Of a stretch of 64,000 bases of DNA, positions 1-8,307 are shown one piece after another (position 1 is the first letter of the stretch; the number at the start of each line of letters is the position of its first letter). Below the pieces are notes generated by a model, which saw only the letters and a program-made list of their open reading frames with translations, had not been told where the DNA came from and did not search any database. The translations under genes and the position numbers were made by a program. The stretch lies in NCBI GenBank assembly GCA_937966095.1, contig CALCKF010000101.1, positions 4,190-68,189 on the forward strand. The letters are read 5' to 3'. Origin of the DNA: an uncultured Eubacterium sp. (lineage in GTDB: Bacteria > Bacillota > Clostridia > Peptostreptococcales > Anaerovoracaceae).

Positions 1-771
1 TCGTTCACGCTTTTTACGTTCGCTTTCTAAAACTTCGAGACGTTCACTTCTATTCGCCATAGCAGATTCAAAAGACTCTATATTATCTTCTATTTCAGAA
101 TTTACTTTTATGTTTGTAGCCAATAACGCTTTATATTCTTTGGTCAAATAGAAAGATTCACCTAAAAAACCATCTCTGTAATTTCTGGAATAACAACACT
201 GCGTTGCAATAAATTCATTTAATGCATCAATTAATTCTTTTGTATAAACAAAATCATTTGAATAATGTTGATTTTCTAGTGAAACTATTTTTTTATCAAG
301 TTTATCAATGAATGTAATCGATTCATTATGTACATCATTAACATCTAGACTTCCTTTATATTCTAAATATATAATATCTCGACTTTCTCTAATAATGCTT
401 CGTATAATTTGATCTATATCAATTACCTTAGATTGTTGTTTTTTTAGATCTTTTCTGCTGTCATCCAATTCTTCAAAATATATTTTTGCATGCGTGTTCG
501 TATCTATATAGTTAAAATACTTCTGTGAATAACGATTGCAATTCATGGAATGTAAAAATATCAAATTAGAGAGTGAAGAAATAATTTTCATATGAACATT
601 TTCTAAATAATATTTAATAGCTTCTGCACTTTCTCCTGACATGTTAGATGTTTCAGCCAGGTTTTCTAAGTCTAACATTAATACCTCTAACTTATCACTC
701 CATTTTTTTGACTGATTTAAAATATTTTCATTTAATTCATGTAAATTATCATAATCTACTTTATAGTTCAT
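1..771 (-). CDS. LXG-domain T7SS polymorphic toxin, N-terminal 257 codons only (the gene runs off the left edge)
   Basis: Absent from the ORF track because no stop lies in the window. My own translation from the ATG at 771 (GGAAGGA about 9 nt upstream) reads MNYKVDYDNLHELNENILNQSKKWSDKLEVLMLDLENLAETSNMSGESAEAIKYYLENVHMKII... and stays open to position 1. It is helical and has the SG.SA.AIK.Y....H block typical of LXG N-terminal domains. It directly follows essC and two small helical partner genes. Confidence 0.6.
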   Translation of the reverse strand, partial: MNYKVDYDNLHELNENILNQSKKWSDKLEVLMLDLENLAETSNMSGESAEAIKYYLENVHMKIISSLSNLIFLHSMNCNRYSQKYFNYIDTNTHAKIYFEELDDSRKDLKKQQSKVIDIDQIIRSIIRESRDIIYLEYKGSLDVNDVHNESITFIDKLDKKIVSLENQHYSNDFVYTKELIDALNEFIATQCCYSRNYRDGFLGESFYLTKEYKALLATNIKVNSEIEDNIESFESAMANRSERLEVLESERKKRER

Positions 772-798
772 AATATGTATTCCTTCCATCTACAAAGA

Positions 799-1080
799 CT
801 ACACATAAGTGAGATTCTCATCTAAAGTCGATATTTCTTCTATCATTTTATTAATATCTCCCATGTCTTTTTCTATAAGTGCCATATATAAATCTATCAA
901 CTTTTTAATAGACTCATGTTGTTCAATATATTCTATAGATGTTTTTAATGTTTTGGTTCCTTCTTCTGCAATAGCATTATATGATTCATTTAATATCTGT
1001 TCATGTCTTTTCACTTGATTAACATCGGCTATCAATCCTTTATTGACCTTAAACTCTATCATAATCCTTGCATCTCCCAA
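799..1080 (-). CDS. Small alpha-helical T7SS accessory protein (LXG-associated Lap / DUF3130-TIGR04197-like)
   Basis: 93 aa, predicted two-helix hairpin (break near AEEGTK) with no Trp, so not a canonical WXG100. Sits between a YwqH-like gene and the LXG toxin gene, the usual place for LXG targeting partners. Confidence 0.4.
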   Translation of the reverse strand: MGDARIMIEFKVNKGLIADVNQVKRHEQILNESYNAIAEEGTKTLKTSIEYIEQHESIKKLIDLYMALIEKDMGDINKMIEEISTLDENLTYV

Positions 1081-1081
1081 C

Positions 1082-1513
1082 TCAATTAAAGAAATTTTCT
1101 ATTTCATTACTTAAACTATTTACCCACGATGATAACTTCCCTATTATTCCAAGCTTTGATAGTATTTCATTTTCCAATCTGGTCATCTCATCGTTTATGG
1201 AGTCTAAAATTCCATCTAAGCAATTATTGTAATATTTGTAATCTTCTTCTAAAACATCGTCCATTATATTATTGAATTTATCAAAGCTTGCTCCTTTCCA
1301 ACAATCTTTCTTTTTACTATTATTTTTATCATCTTTTATAATTAAATAAAATTCTTCCTTTTGGTTTTCAACTTCTTTTTTATACCGTTTTAGACGATTT
1401 AAAGAATACTTATATTCATCAATTTTTTCATAACACGCATTAATTTTTTCTTTTGCATTTCCTATTTGATATAGTAAATCCCTATATATATCTTCGTTTA
1501 CCATATTCACCAC
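1082..1513 (-). CDS. Small helical-hairpin T7SS accessory protein, YwqH/DUF5082-like
   Basis: 143 aa, coiled-coil-rich, with a central W72-K-G (WxG-type) turn between two helical arms. Lies immediately downstream of essC and is separated from the next gene by 1 nt. Confidence 0.45.
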   Translation of the reverse strand: MVNMVNEDIYRDLLYQIGNAKEKINACYEKIDEYKYSLNRLKRYKKEVENQKEEFYLIIKDDKNNSKKKDCWKGASFDKFNNIMDDVLEEDYKYYNNCLDGILDSINDEMTRLENEILSKLGIIGKLSSWVNSLSNEIENFFN

Positions 1514-1519
1514 CCTATA

Positions 1520-4500
1520 TCACGTTGCAACATTCAACACACTCTTCACTTTCACGCACTCATTTTCTTTGATATAATATCCATCACCCATTTCAATCGG
1601 TTTCTTGAATTTTCTCATCACACTAAGCGGCAGGTCGAATATCTTCATATTAGCCACGTCATCAAAATACATAAAGTGCTGCGAATCCTTAACCATCTTA
1701 ACTGCTTCCGGTGCTCCATAAGGGACATTAACGTTTTCAAAGCTCGACGCTATGATGCAGACATTAAGATTTTTATATCTGGAAAGTATATTTTTATATG
1801 CTGTCATTGCCGCAGAATCATTGCTGATCGCAGTCAACGCATCCATATCATCCAGTATGAGAACAATTAGCGGACTTAATGATATAACGTTGTCATCTCC
1901 TTCTATGAGAGCATTGTATCGTTTCTGCAATTCCTTTTCTATGTGATGAACCATATCAACCGCAACATTATGAGCCATCGTATAGGCTACAACATTTGCA
2001 TTATCTTTTATGGATGTCAGTTTCTTATGTATGCTGTCAACGATATATACCTGTGTTTTTCCAGGATACATATCATCAAGCATTCGTACTGCATATTTCA
2101 CGAAATTGTGTTTGCCCGATTTTTCACGTCCGCTGATACCTAATATGCCTATAGATGCAAAATCCAATGTTAATGGAGATACTGTATCATAATTTAAGCC
2201 TGTTACTAATTGATATTTTTTCTTCATGTACTCTCTGTAATTATCTATTACATATTCGTATCCCAAATAAGACGGTATCACAGGGATGATCCTTGCTTTT
2301 CTTCCTTCACTCCTCCTGTTTGCATTTTCTATAAATGCCTTTATATTCTCCACACGCTCTATCTCCTTCTCGCCGGCAAATGCGATATATGACTGGCATT
2401 CAAGATGCTCCTTATCGATTTCTATCAGGCTTCTGCCTTTTATATCCTTTATTCTTTCTCTGCAATGGTCGAACAAAGAGCTGTATTCTCCCGCATCGTT
2501 GCAAAACATGGCAATTCTGCTGGCGAAATTAGACAAATATTTGTATCCTATACCTGCTGTCTGTGCATTAGCAATGATTACGCTTATTCCTACGGACAAA
2601 CCTTCCCTACAAAGATTAAGCAACTCGTTATCTTCCTGGAAATACAGCTCCTTTAAAGCAGTAAGATTGTCTATCATCAAAATGATCTGTGGCATGTCCG
2701 TTAAACCTGCTTCCCTGTATGCAGTAAACGAACTTACACCTATAGACAGCATCTTTTCCTTTCTGATGTCAATTTCTCTGTAAATCATCTTCATCAGATT
2801 CTTCAGCTTCTCATCCTCAGAAGCAGTGACCACTCCACCTACATGGTTCAATGACTCAAAATTTTTCAGGATCATGGAGGCAAAATCTATGATATATATG
2901 TTTACTTCATCCGGTGTGTATTTTTCGGCGACAGATCGGATTATACATTGCAGCAGATTAGTCTTTCCCGTCTGCGCAGAACCGATAATCATCATATTTT
3001 GACTGCCGACATCTACTGAATAAATCCCCTGATATTGTCTGTCCGGATCATCATAAACGCCTATATCAGCTATAATGCTGTAGTTATTTACATTATCTGA
3101 ACCTGACAATACAGGTGGAAATTCTATATACTCAGCCAATGGCGGCAGACAGATATCCGGAAGCTTTATCAGCTTACAATTCCGGCAATACCCGTTTACA
3201 TATTTAACGATTGCATCCAACTGAGTCAGATTACCCTCGCTTTGACTCTTTTTCTTCTGCACATATACAGGTATGCGTTTCCCTGTATCTGTCAAATCTA
3301 CAATTGAAAATTCCTTTACATTGCTGTCATCGGATTTTTCCGGCGCTCCACTGTATGCCGACTGGAACAGCTCGAATATTTCATTATTTCCTACCTGCAA
3401 ATATGCACGGCCCGGCTCTTTTATCTCCGCAGCCAATGGAGACTTCAGCACCTCGTTGCTGTCTTCCTGTGACTGTACTTTCAGACAAAGCTTGAAGCGT
3501 GAATTACTCCATATCTGCTCATTGACCTGCCCGGAAGGCTTCTGTGTAGCCAGAATCAGATGTACGCCAAGACTTCGTCCTATACGGGCTGCTGATATCA
3601 GCTCCTTCATGAATTCCGGCTGTTCTGCCTTAAGCTCGGCAAACTCATCAACTATAATTATCAAATGCGGTAAAGGGTAACTGACTTCACCCGTCTTGTA
3701 TTTTTTTATATATTTATCGATGTGATTGACGTCGGCTTCCACAAAAAGGCGCTGCCTCTTCTGCAATTCGGCTTTTATCGACTTCAATGATCGTTCAATT
3801 TCTTTTCCATCTATATTTGTGATCGATCCCAGAAGATGAGGCAAGTTTTTAAACTGATTCACCATACCACCGCCTTTGAAATCTATGATAACAAAAGCCA
3901 CCTCATATGGATGGAACAGCGTAGCCATAGAAAGAATGTATGTCTGCAATATTTCCGATTTTCCTGAGCCTGTGGTTCCTGCAACTAACCCGTGAGGCCC
4001 ATGAAACTTATCGTGAAGATCCAGAGTCACAATGCCGCTTTTGGAGATTCCTATTGGTGCTGACATCGATTTAAACACCTGAGAGGTCCGCCATCTTTCT
4101 CCTAAGTCCAGATCATCCACTGCAATTATATTCAAAAGCTCAAACAGCGATATATTTTTAGTCAGGCTCCCCTCCAGCGAGATTTCCTCCGTATAAACAG
4201 GAGCCAGCATTTGGACTATATCCTGGACCTGCTTATATCCTATTGCCGTATACGTAAAATCTATCGATGCATTTTTATCTTCGGCACTTATGAGAGTAGC
4301 GGTATCCTCACTTTTTATAGCTATTATTGATCCACAGCCCAGAGGAACTTCCGCCTTATCATTCCCGAAGAAAATAAATGTCACTCCCAACTCATTGGCG
4401 GTGTCCACAAATTTTGAAATAGGGTGGTTTTGAAAGCCATATTCGTCATACATAAATACAATTATATTGTTTTCATACGACTTGTTCTGTTCTCTTCGGG

Positions 4501-6040
4501 TCAATTCTTTATAGAGATACTCGAAAACAATATTTTTACTTTCATCGTTGCAGGCAATATTTCTTATACCCAACTCGTCATTATAAACTTCTGGCAGCAT
4601 TCTCAGCCAATATATATGGTTCTTGTTTTCTTTATCCGCAACAAACACCATTTTCACATCTGAATGGTAGTGTCGGGCGCAAATATCGACAACAATATTT
4701 TTCATGATTGAAAATCTGTACTGGGCATTGCCTATAATTCCTATGGCGTTATTGTTTTTAAGGTCACAGACAACAGGGGCATCTTTGAGATACCTGTATT
4801 CTTCATATATTTCTCTTGGCTTGTCCTGCAGCTTATCTTCTATTTCCAGCTTTTCCTGCTTCTTATAATTTATTTTTTTTACAGACTCAACATCACCATA
4901 ACCTAAACATACACAAAGGAAGTCCTCGTCTTCTTTAGTCCTGTCAAAAAGATCTGACGAAAAATCTTCAAGCAATCTCTGCTCCTTACGCTGTGATATA
5001 TATATATCCTCAAGATCTTTCTTTTCCTGAAAACGAAATTCTTCTATTTCCCTGCGTTTATTTTCTATATAGTTTTCATACTTGATTATTCGTTCTTCCG
5101 TCTTCTTTTTAAAATCCTTCTTATTCTGTATAACGCCGACTATCGTCGTTATGATCGCTAAGCCTCCTGATATTGCACTGAAAATAATCATCATACCGCC
5201 CATGAACGCCATAATGCCTGATGCCGCAAGCATTCCCACAGCTGGCAGCAGACGCATGATTATATTATTTTGCGGCTTCTGCGGCTTAGCAGGCGGATCC
5301 AAAATTTCTATATCCTCTTCATCAAGAACTGTCTTTATCCTGGAATTTCTTCTGAATTTAGGATATTCATATTTATTAAAGCTGTCAGTGTATGGTACTC
5401 CGTTCACTGACAATTGATTGCTCATCTCTGTGTATATACATCGGTTTTTATAGTAAAAGCTGAAATTACCGATAGAGATAAAATCCCCATCTGCGATTAT
5501 CTCATTGTTCTTAGCCAGCTTTCCGTTATGATATACTCCGTATGTTGTGCTGTCTATCTGTATTGCCGCAACACCCTTGCCCTGCCTCAGCAACACCTGA
5601 TCTCTCATGGTGTATTTACTTTCCAGGGCAATATTATTGGACATGCTGCTTCCTATAGACACTGTATCGATCATGGAAACATCTATTTTTCTGTTATAAT
5701 TCTTTTTCTCATTATCAAAGTCAAACAGAAAATCTACCCTGAAAATTTCTTTGTTTGAAGACTGATATTTGACCGATAAGGTATCTCCATGACTCAGCCT
5801 TTTAGTTGCAAGCTTAATGACATCTCCTGTATCAAGATAAATATTATCCGTGCAGAAAACATTCCAGCCTTCATCGTCTTTTCGGAACAGCAATTTGAAT
5901 TCTTCAAAAAAGCTTTCTTTATACAGTCTTATATCGCAGTCAGTATCCATTCCCACGTTCAGCATATTCATGTCGACCGGAAGCTGTATTTCCTTATAAT
6001 AACTATTGCTTGACAGCCTGATGAGATATCCGTATTCCAT
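1520..6040 (-). CDS. essC: Type VII secretion FtsK/SpoIIIE-family ATPase EssC
   Basis: 1506 aa. Has an N-terminal FHA-like YukA-type region and two TM helices (RLLPAVGMLAASGIMAFMGG...AISGGLAIITTIVGVI). Three P-loop modules follow: GTTGSGKSE with IIIVDEFAEL, GSAQTGKTN, and a degenerate GISGREKSGKHN. Confidence 0.92.
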   Translation of the reverse strand: MEYGYLIRLSSNSYYKEIQLPVDMNMLNVGMDTDCDIRLYKESFFEEFKLLFRKDDEGWNVFCTDNIYLDTGDVIKLATKRLSHGDTLSVKYQSSNKEIFRVDFLFDFDNEKKNYNRKIDVSMIDTVSIGSSMSNNIALESKYTMRDQVLLRQGKGVAAIQIDSTTYGVYHNGKLAKNNEIIADGDFISIGNFSFYYKNRCIYTEMSNQLSVNGVPYTDSFNKYEYPKFRRNSRIKTVLDEEDIEILDPPAKPQKPQNNIIMRLLPAVGMLAASGIMAFMGGMMIIFSAISGGLAIITTIVGVIQNKKDFKKKTEERIIKYENYIENKRREIEEFRFQEKKDLEDIYISQRKEQRLLEDFSSDLFDRTKEDEDFLCVCLGYGDVESVKKINYKKQEKLEIEDKLQDKPREIYEEYRYLKDAPVVCDLKNNNAIGIIGNAQYRFSIMKNIVVDICARHYHSDVKMVFVADKENKNHIYWLRMLPEVYNDELGIRNIACNDESKNIVFEYLYKELTRREQNKSYENNIIVFMYDEYGFQNHPISKFVDTANELGVTFIFFGNDKAEVPLGCGSIIAIKSEDTATLISAEDKNASIDFTYTAIGYKQVQDIVQMLAPVYTEEISLEGSLTKNISLFELLNIIAVDDLDLGERWRTSQVFKSMSAPIGISKSGIVTLDLHDKFHGPHGLVAGTTGSGKSEILQTYILSMATLFHPYEVAFVIIDFKGGGMVNQFKNLPHLLGSITNIDGKEIERSLKSIKAELQKRQRLFVEADVNHIDKYIKKYKTGEVSYPLPHLIIIVDEFAELKAEQPEFMKELISAARIGRSLGVHLILATQKPSGQVNEQIWSNSRFKLCLKVQSQEDSNEVLKSPLAAEIKEPGRAYLQVGNNEIFELFQSAYSGAPEKSDDSNVKEFSIVDLTDTGKRIPVYVQKKKSQSEGNLTQLDAIVKYVNGYCRNCKLIKLPDICLPPLAEYIEFPPVLSGSDNVNNYSIIADIGVYDDPDRQYQGIYSVDVGSQNMMIIGSAQTGKTNLLQCIIRSVAEKYTPDEVNIYIIDFASMILKNFESLNHVGGVVTASEDEKLKNLMKMIYREIDIRKEKMLSIGVSSFTAYREAGLTDMPQIILMIDNLTALKELYFQEDNELLNLCREGLSVGISVIIANAQTAGIGYKYLSNFASRIAMFCNDAGEYSSLFDHCRERIKDIKGRSLIEIDKEHLECQSYIAFAGEKEIERVENIKAFIENANRRSEGRKARIIPVIPSYLGYEYVIDNYREYMKKKYQLVTGLNYDTVSPLTLDFASIGILGISGREKSGKHNFVKYAVRMLDDMYPGKTQVYIVDSIHKKLTSIKDNANVVAYTMAHNVAVDMVHHIEKELQKRYNALIEGDDNVISLSPLIVLILDDMDALTAISNDSAAMTAYKNILSRYKNLNVCIIASSFENVNVPYGAPEAVKMVKDSQHFMYFDDVANMKIFDLPLSVMRKFKKPIEMGDGYYIKENECVKVKSVLNVAT

Positions 6041-6049
6041 AGTTACACC

Positions 6050-6301
6050 TTATTCTGTAAAATTAATTACTGTAGCATTTCTAACGCCAAAATCCGACAG
6101 CAGTTTGTTTCCTTTAAGTAATGCGATAGGATTTTCCGCTTTTAAATAGCAGTTTTTTACATCTGAAACGTCTATTCCCAATTTATATGCAGAATTGAGC
6201 GCAATAACAAGATCGTTGGCCGAAATGTCGAGAGGCACTTCCAGATCTGCTTCGAAATTTCTTTTTTCTATCTTAAAAATAACTATTGCTTTATTTTCCA
6301 T
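6050..6301 (-). CDS. esaB: EsaB/YukD-family ubiquitin-like (beta-grasp) T7SS protein
   Basis: 83 aa with the pattern FEADLEVPLDISANDLVIALNSAY typical of YukD/EsaB, located directly upstream of essC. Confidence 0.7.
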   Translation of the reverse strand: MENKAIVIFKIEKRNFEADLEVPLDISANDLVIALNSAYKLGIDVSDVKNCYLKAENPIALLKGNKLLSDFGVRNATVINFTE

Positions 6302-6310
6302 GCTTTCACC

Positions 6311-7357
6311 TTAAAGAATCAGCGCTGCAACCTTTTGAATTTCTTCATGCTCTGCAATCTCCTGCAGGTCCATAGTCTCAAGCTTTTCTATATATGCTAT
6401 TCTCTCACTTATCGGGAACCCAGCCTTTCCAGCTAATTTGCCGTATGACTCCTCCGACAAGTCATCACTGCATGCATTGCAAACGAAATAATATTTTTCC
6501 TTATCACTGCAATCCATATTCTCAGTTAATATATTCATTGCAAATATCGAAGACTCCGTGTTTATCAACATTAATATTACTTTATCTGCCAATGCTGCCA
6601 ATTCTGCCTTTTCCATATCCACTATGTTGTCCGTATCAACTACAATGACATCGTACTCAGCAGACATACGGGCTCCCGCAATCACACGTCTATAAACAGA
6701 AAAGCCAAGACCTATAGCTGAAAGTGATTTCGTAAACGGAGGCATATAGTCAAATCCTTCGTTCCTTACAGCGTTTTTAACGAGTTTGTATGCATCATTT
6801 TTGTTATCAGTAATCTCCGGATACAACGATGACGGCAATGAAGTTTTATCATTTAAATAAAAATGAAAAGTATTGACTCTCTCCGCATTTACATACAATA
6901 CTCTTTGATAATGCTGGGAGAGATATTGGCTTATCCCCATCGCCAAGGTTGTCTTGCCAACACCTCCCGACGCCGAGCAAACCATAACAACCTGTGTGGT
7001 TTTTGTCTTATCTCTTTTTTTTAAGTCACCCTCTGCAATTATCCTGTTATAAATTTCTCTGATACTAGTATACTTAAAAATATATGTGACTCCCCGTTCT
7101 GACAGATTCTCGTTCTTTGACTCAGTCAAAACAAAGACATTTCTAAAATTTTGTTTTTGAAGCTCCGGAGAATATAACTCCTCGCTTATAATCAGAATAT
7201 CCGCATCCTGCGGATGCGAAAAATAATATCCAAAATAGTCCGTATCTGTGATTACTTGGAGCTCTATATATTCTGACATTCCTTCAAGAAATTTGATTTC
7301 CAGAGGAGCTATTATCGTTTCATCAGTATCGACAAGCACTACAACTGATTTTTTCAT
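6311..7357 (-). CDS. TadZ/CpaE-like ParA/MinD-superfamily ATPase with an N-terminal pseudo-receiver domain
   Basis: Walker A is SASGGVGKTT (the signature Lys of KGGxGKT is replaced by Ser). Walker B-like YDVIVVDTD is present. The N-terminal approximately 110 aa follow a receiver-like beta/alpha pattern, but the expected phospho-acceptor position reads ILIISEE (no Asp). Confidence 0.6.
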   Translation of the reverse strand: MKKSVVVLVDTDETIIAPLEIKFLEGMSEYIELQVITDTDYFGYYFSHPQDADILIISEELYSPELQKQNFRNVFVLTESKNENLSERGVTYIFKYTSIREIYNRIIAEGDLKKRDKTKTTQVVMVCSASGGVGKTTLAMGISQYLSQHYQRVLYVNAERVNTFHFYLNDKTSLPSSLYPEITDNKNDAYKLVKNAVRNEGFDYMPPFTKSLSAIGLGFSVYRRVIAGARMSAEYDVIVVDTDNIVDMEKAELAALADKVILMLINTESSIFAMNILTENMDCSDKEKYYFVCNACSDDLSEESYGKLAGKAGFPISERIAYIEKLETMDLQEIAEHEEIQKVAALIL

Positions 7358-8281
7358 TTAAAACTCCTCTCGTATTTCTGCTTTAAAATCGCTGTTAGCT
7401 AATCGTATAATATCTCCGGAATGGATTTCTCTGGGTGTCTCAGGCACAAGCCTCACACCATTGACAAATGTTCCGTTAGAGCTGCCCATATCTATGACAA
7501 AATACTTCATATCCTTATATATGAAATCACAATGATGTCTGCTGATAGCACTGTTGAACGTTATCTGCCCATCAGTATCAGGTCTTTTTCCGACGGTGAA
7601 TTTTTCCTTATCCACAACAAATGTCAAATCGGACGGATCTCCCTCGTAATTCAAGACAAGGACAGGTTGTCCGGCATTGTAATTAGAATCCGCATCTATA
7701 TTATCTGCTATTGTTGATTTACTTCTTCTTACTTCAGCAGAAATCTTCTCGTAAATCTGTCGCAATGAATATTGATTCTCTGAAAAGTATCTGCGTATAT
7801 CCAAGGTTTTGCCGGGTATTGCCTGCTCAATTATATCCAGCTGAGCTGCGATATATTTTATAAATCTGCTTTCATATTCAATATTATCTTGTTTTTTAGT
7901 ATTGATCGGCAGATATATAAGGTGTATTTCATATGTCTTTACATTGACATATAGTCTGTTAAATGAAATATCCAAATTGTTACATTTCAAAAATCCGATT
8001 TCTTCTATATCCATAATAGCTTTGATGAGGTTTGCTATTATAACGCACAGCTCTTCCGGACTGATCGTCTCGATCAGTCCGGATAGAGGCCTATAGCCGG
8101 AAACAAGATATACAAATTGTATTTTCCCATTAAAAAGTACTTTTGAACATTTTATGAGATGCTTCCTGCTGCGTCCGTTCAAAACTTTATATTCAGTCAA
8201 AGCAAACATATTATTATCCTTCAGCAAATATGCAGGATTAGCTTCAACCATTTTTTTGATTATCTTTTCTGCCTCTGCCAA
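7358..8281 (-). CDS. FHA-domain protein (approximately 190-aa N-terminal domain of unknown function plus canonical C-terminal FHA)
   Basis: The C-terminus VGKRPDTDGQITFNSAISRHHCDFIY...SSNGTFVNG keeps the pThr-binding Arg, Ser-x-x-His and Asn-Gly residues. The N-terminal domain is paralogous to that of ORF 15731..16753. Confidence 0.8.
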   Translation of the reverse strand: MAEAEKIIKKMVEANPAYLLKDNNMFALTEYKVLNGRSRKHLIKCSKVLFNGKIQFVYLVSGYRPLSGLIETISPEELCVIIANLIKAIMDIEEIGFLKCNNLDISFNRLYVNVKTYEIHLIYLPINTKKQDNIEYESRFIKYIAAQLDIIEQAIPGKTLDIRRYFSENQYSLRQIYEKISAEVRRSKSTIADNIDADSNYNAGQPVLVLNYEGDPSDLTFVVDKEKFTVGKRPDTDGQITFNSAISRHHCDFIYKDMKYFVIDMGSSNGTFVNGVRLVPETPREIHSGDIIRLANSDFKAEIREEF

Positions 8282-8307
8282 TTTTATTTACCAAAACAAT
8301 TACTTTC

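Noticed and set aside
799-1080. 93-aa helical protein as the canonical WXG100 substrate EsxA
   Set aside because: It contains no tryptophan and no WxG turn. Its position next to the LXG gene fits a Lap-type partner better. A true esxA may lie outside the window.
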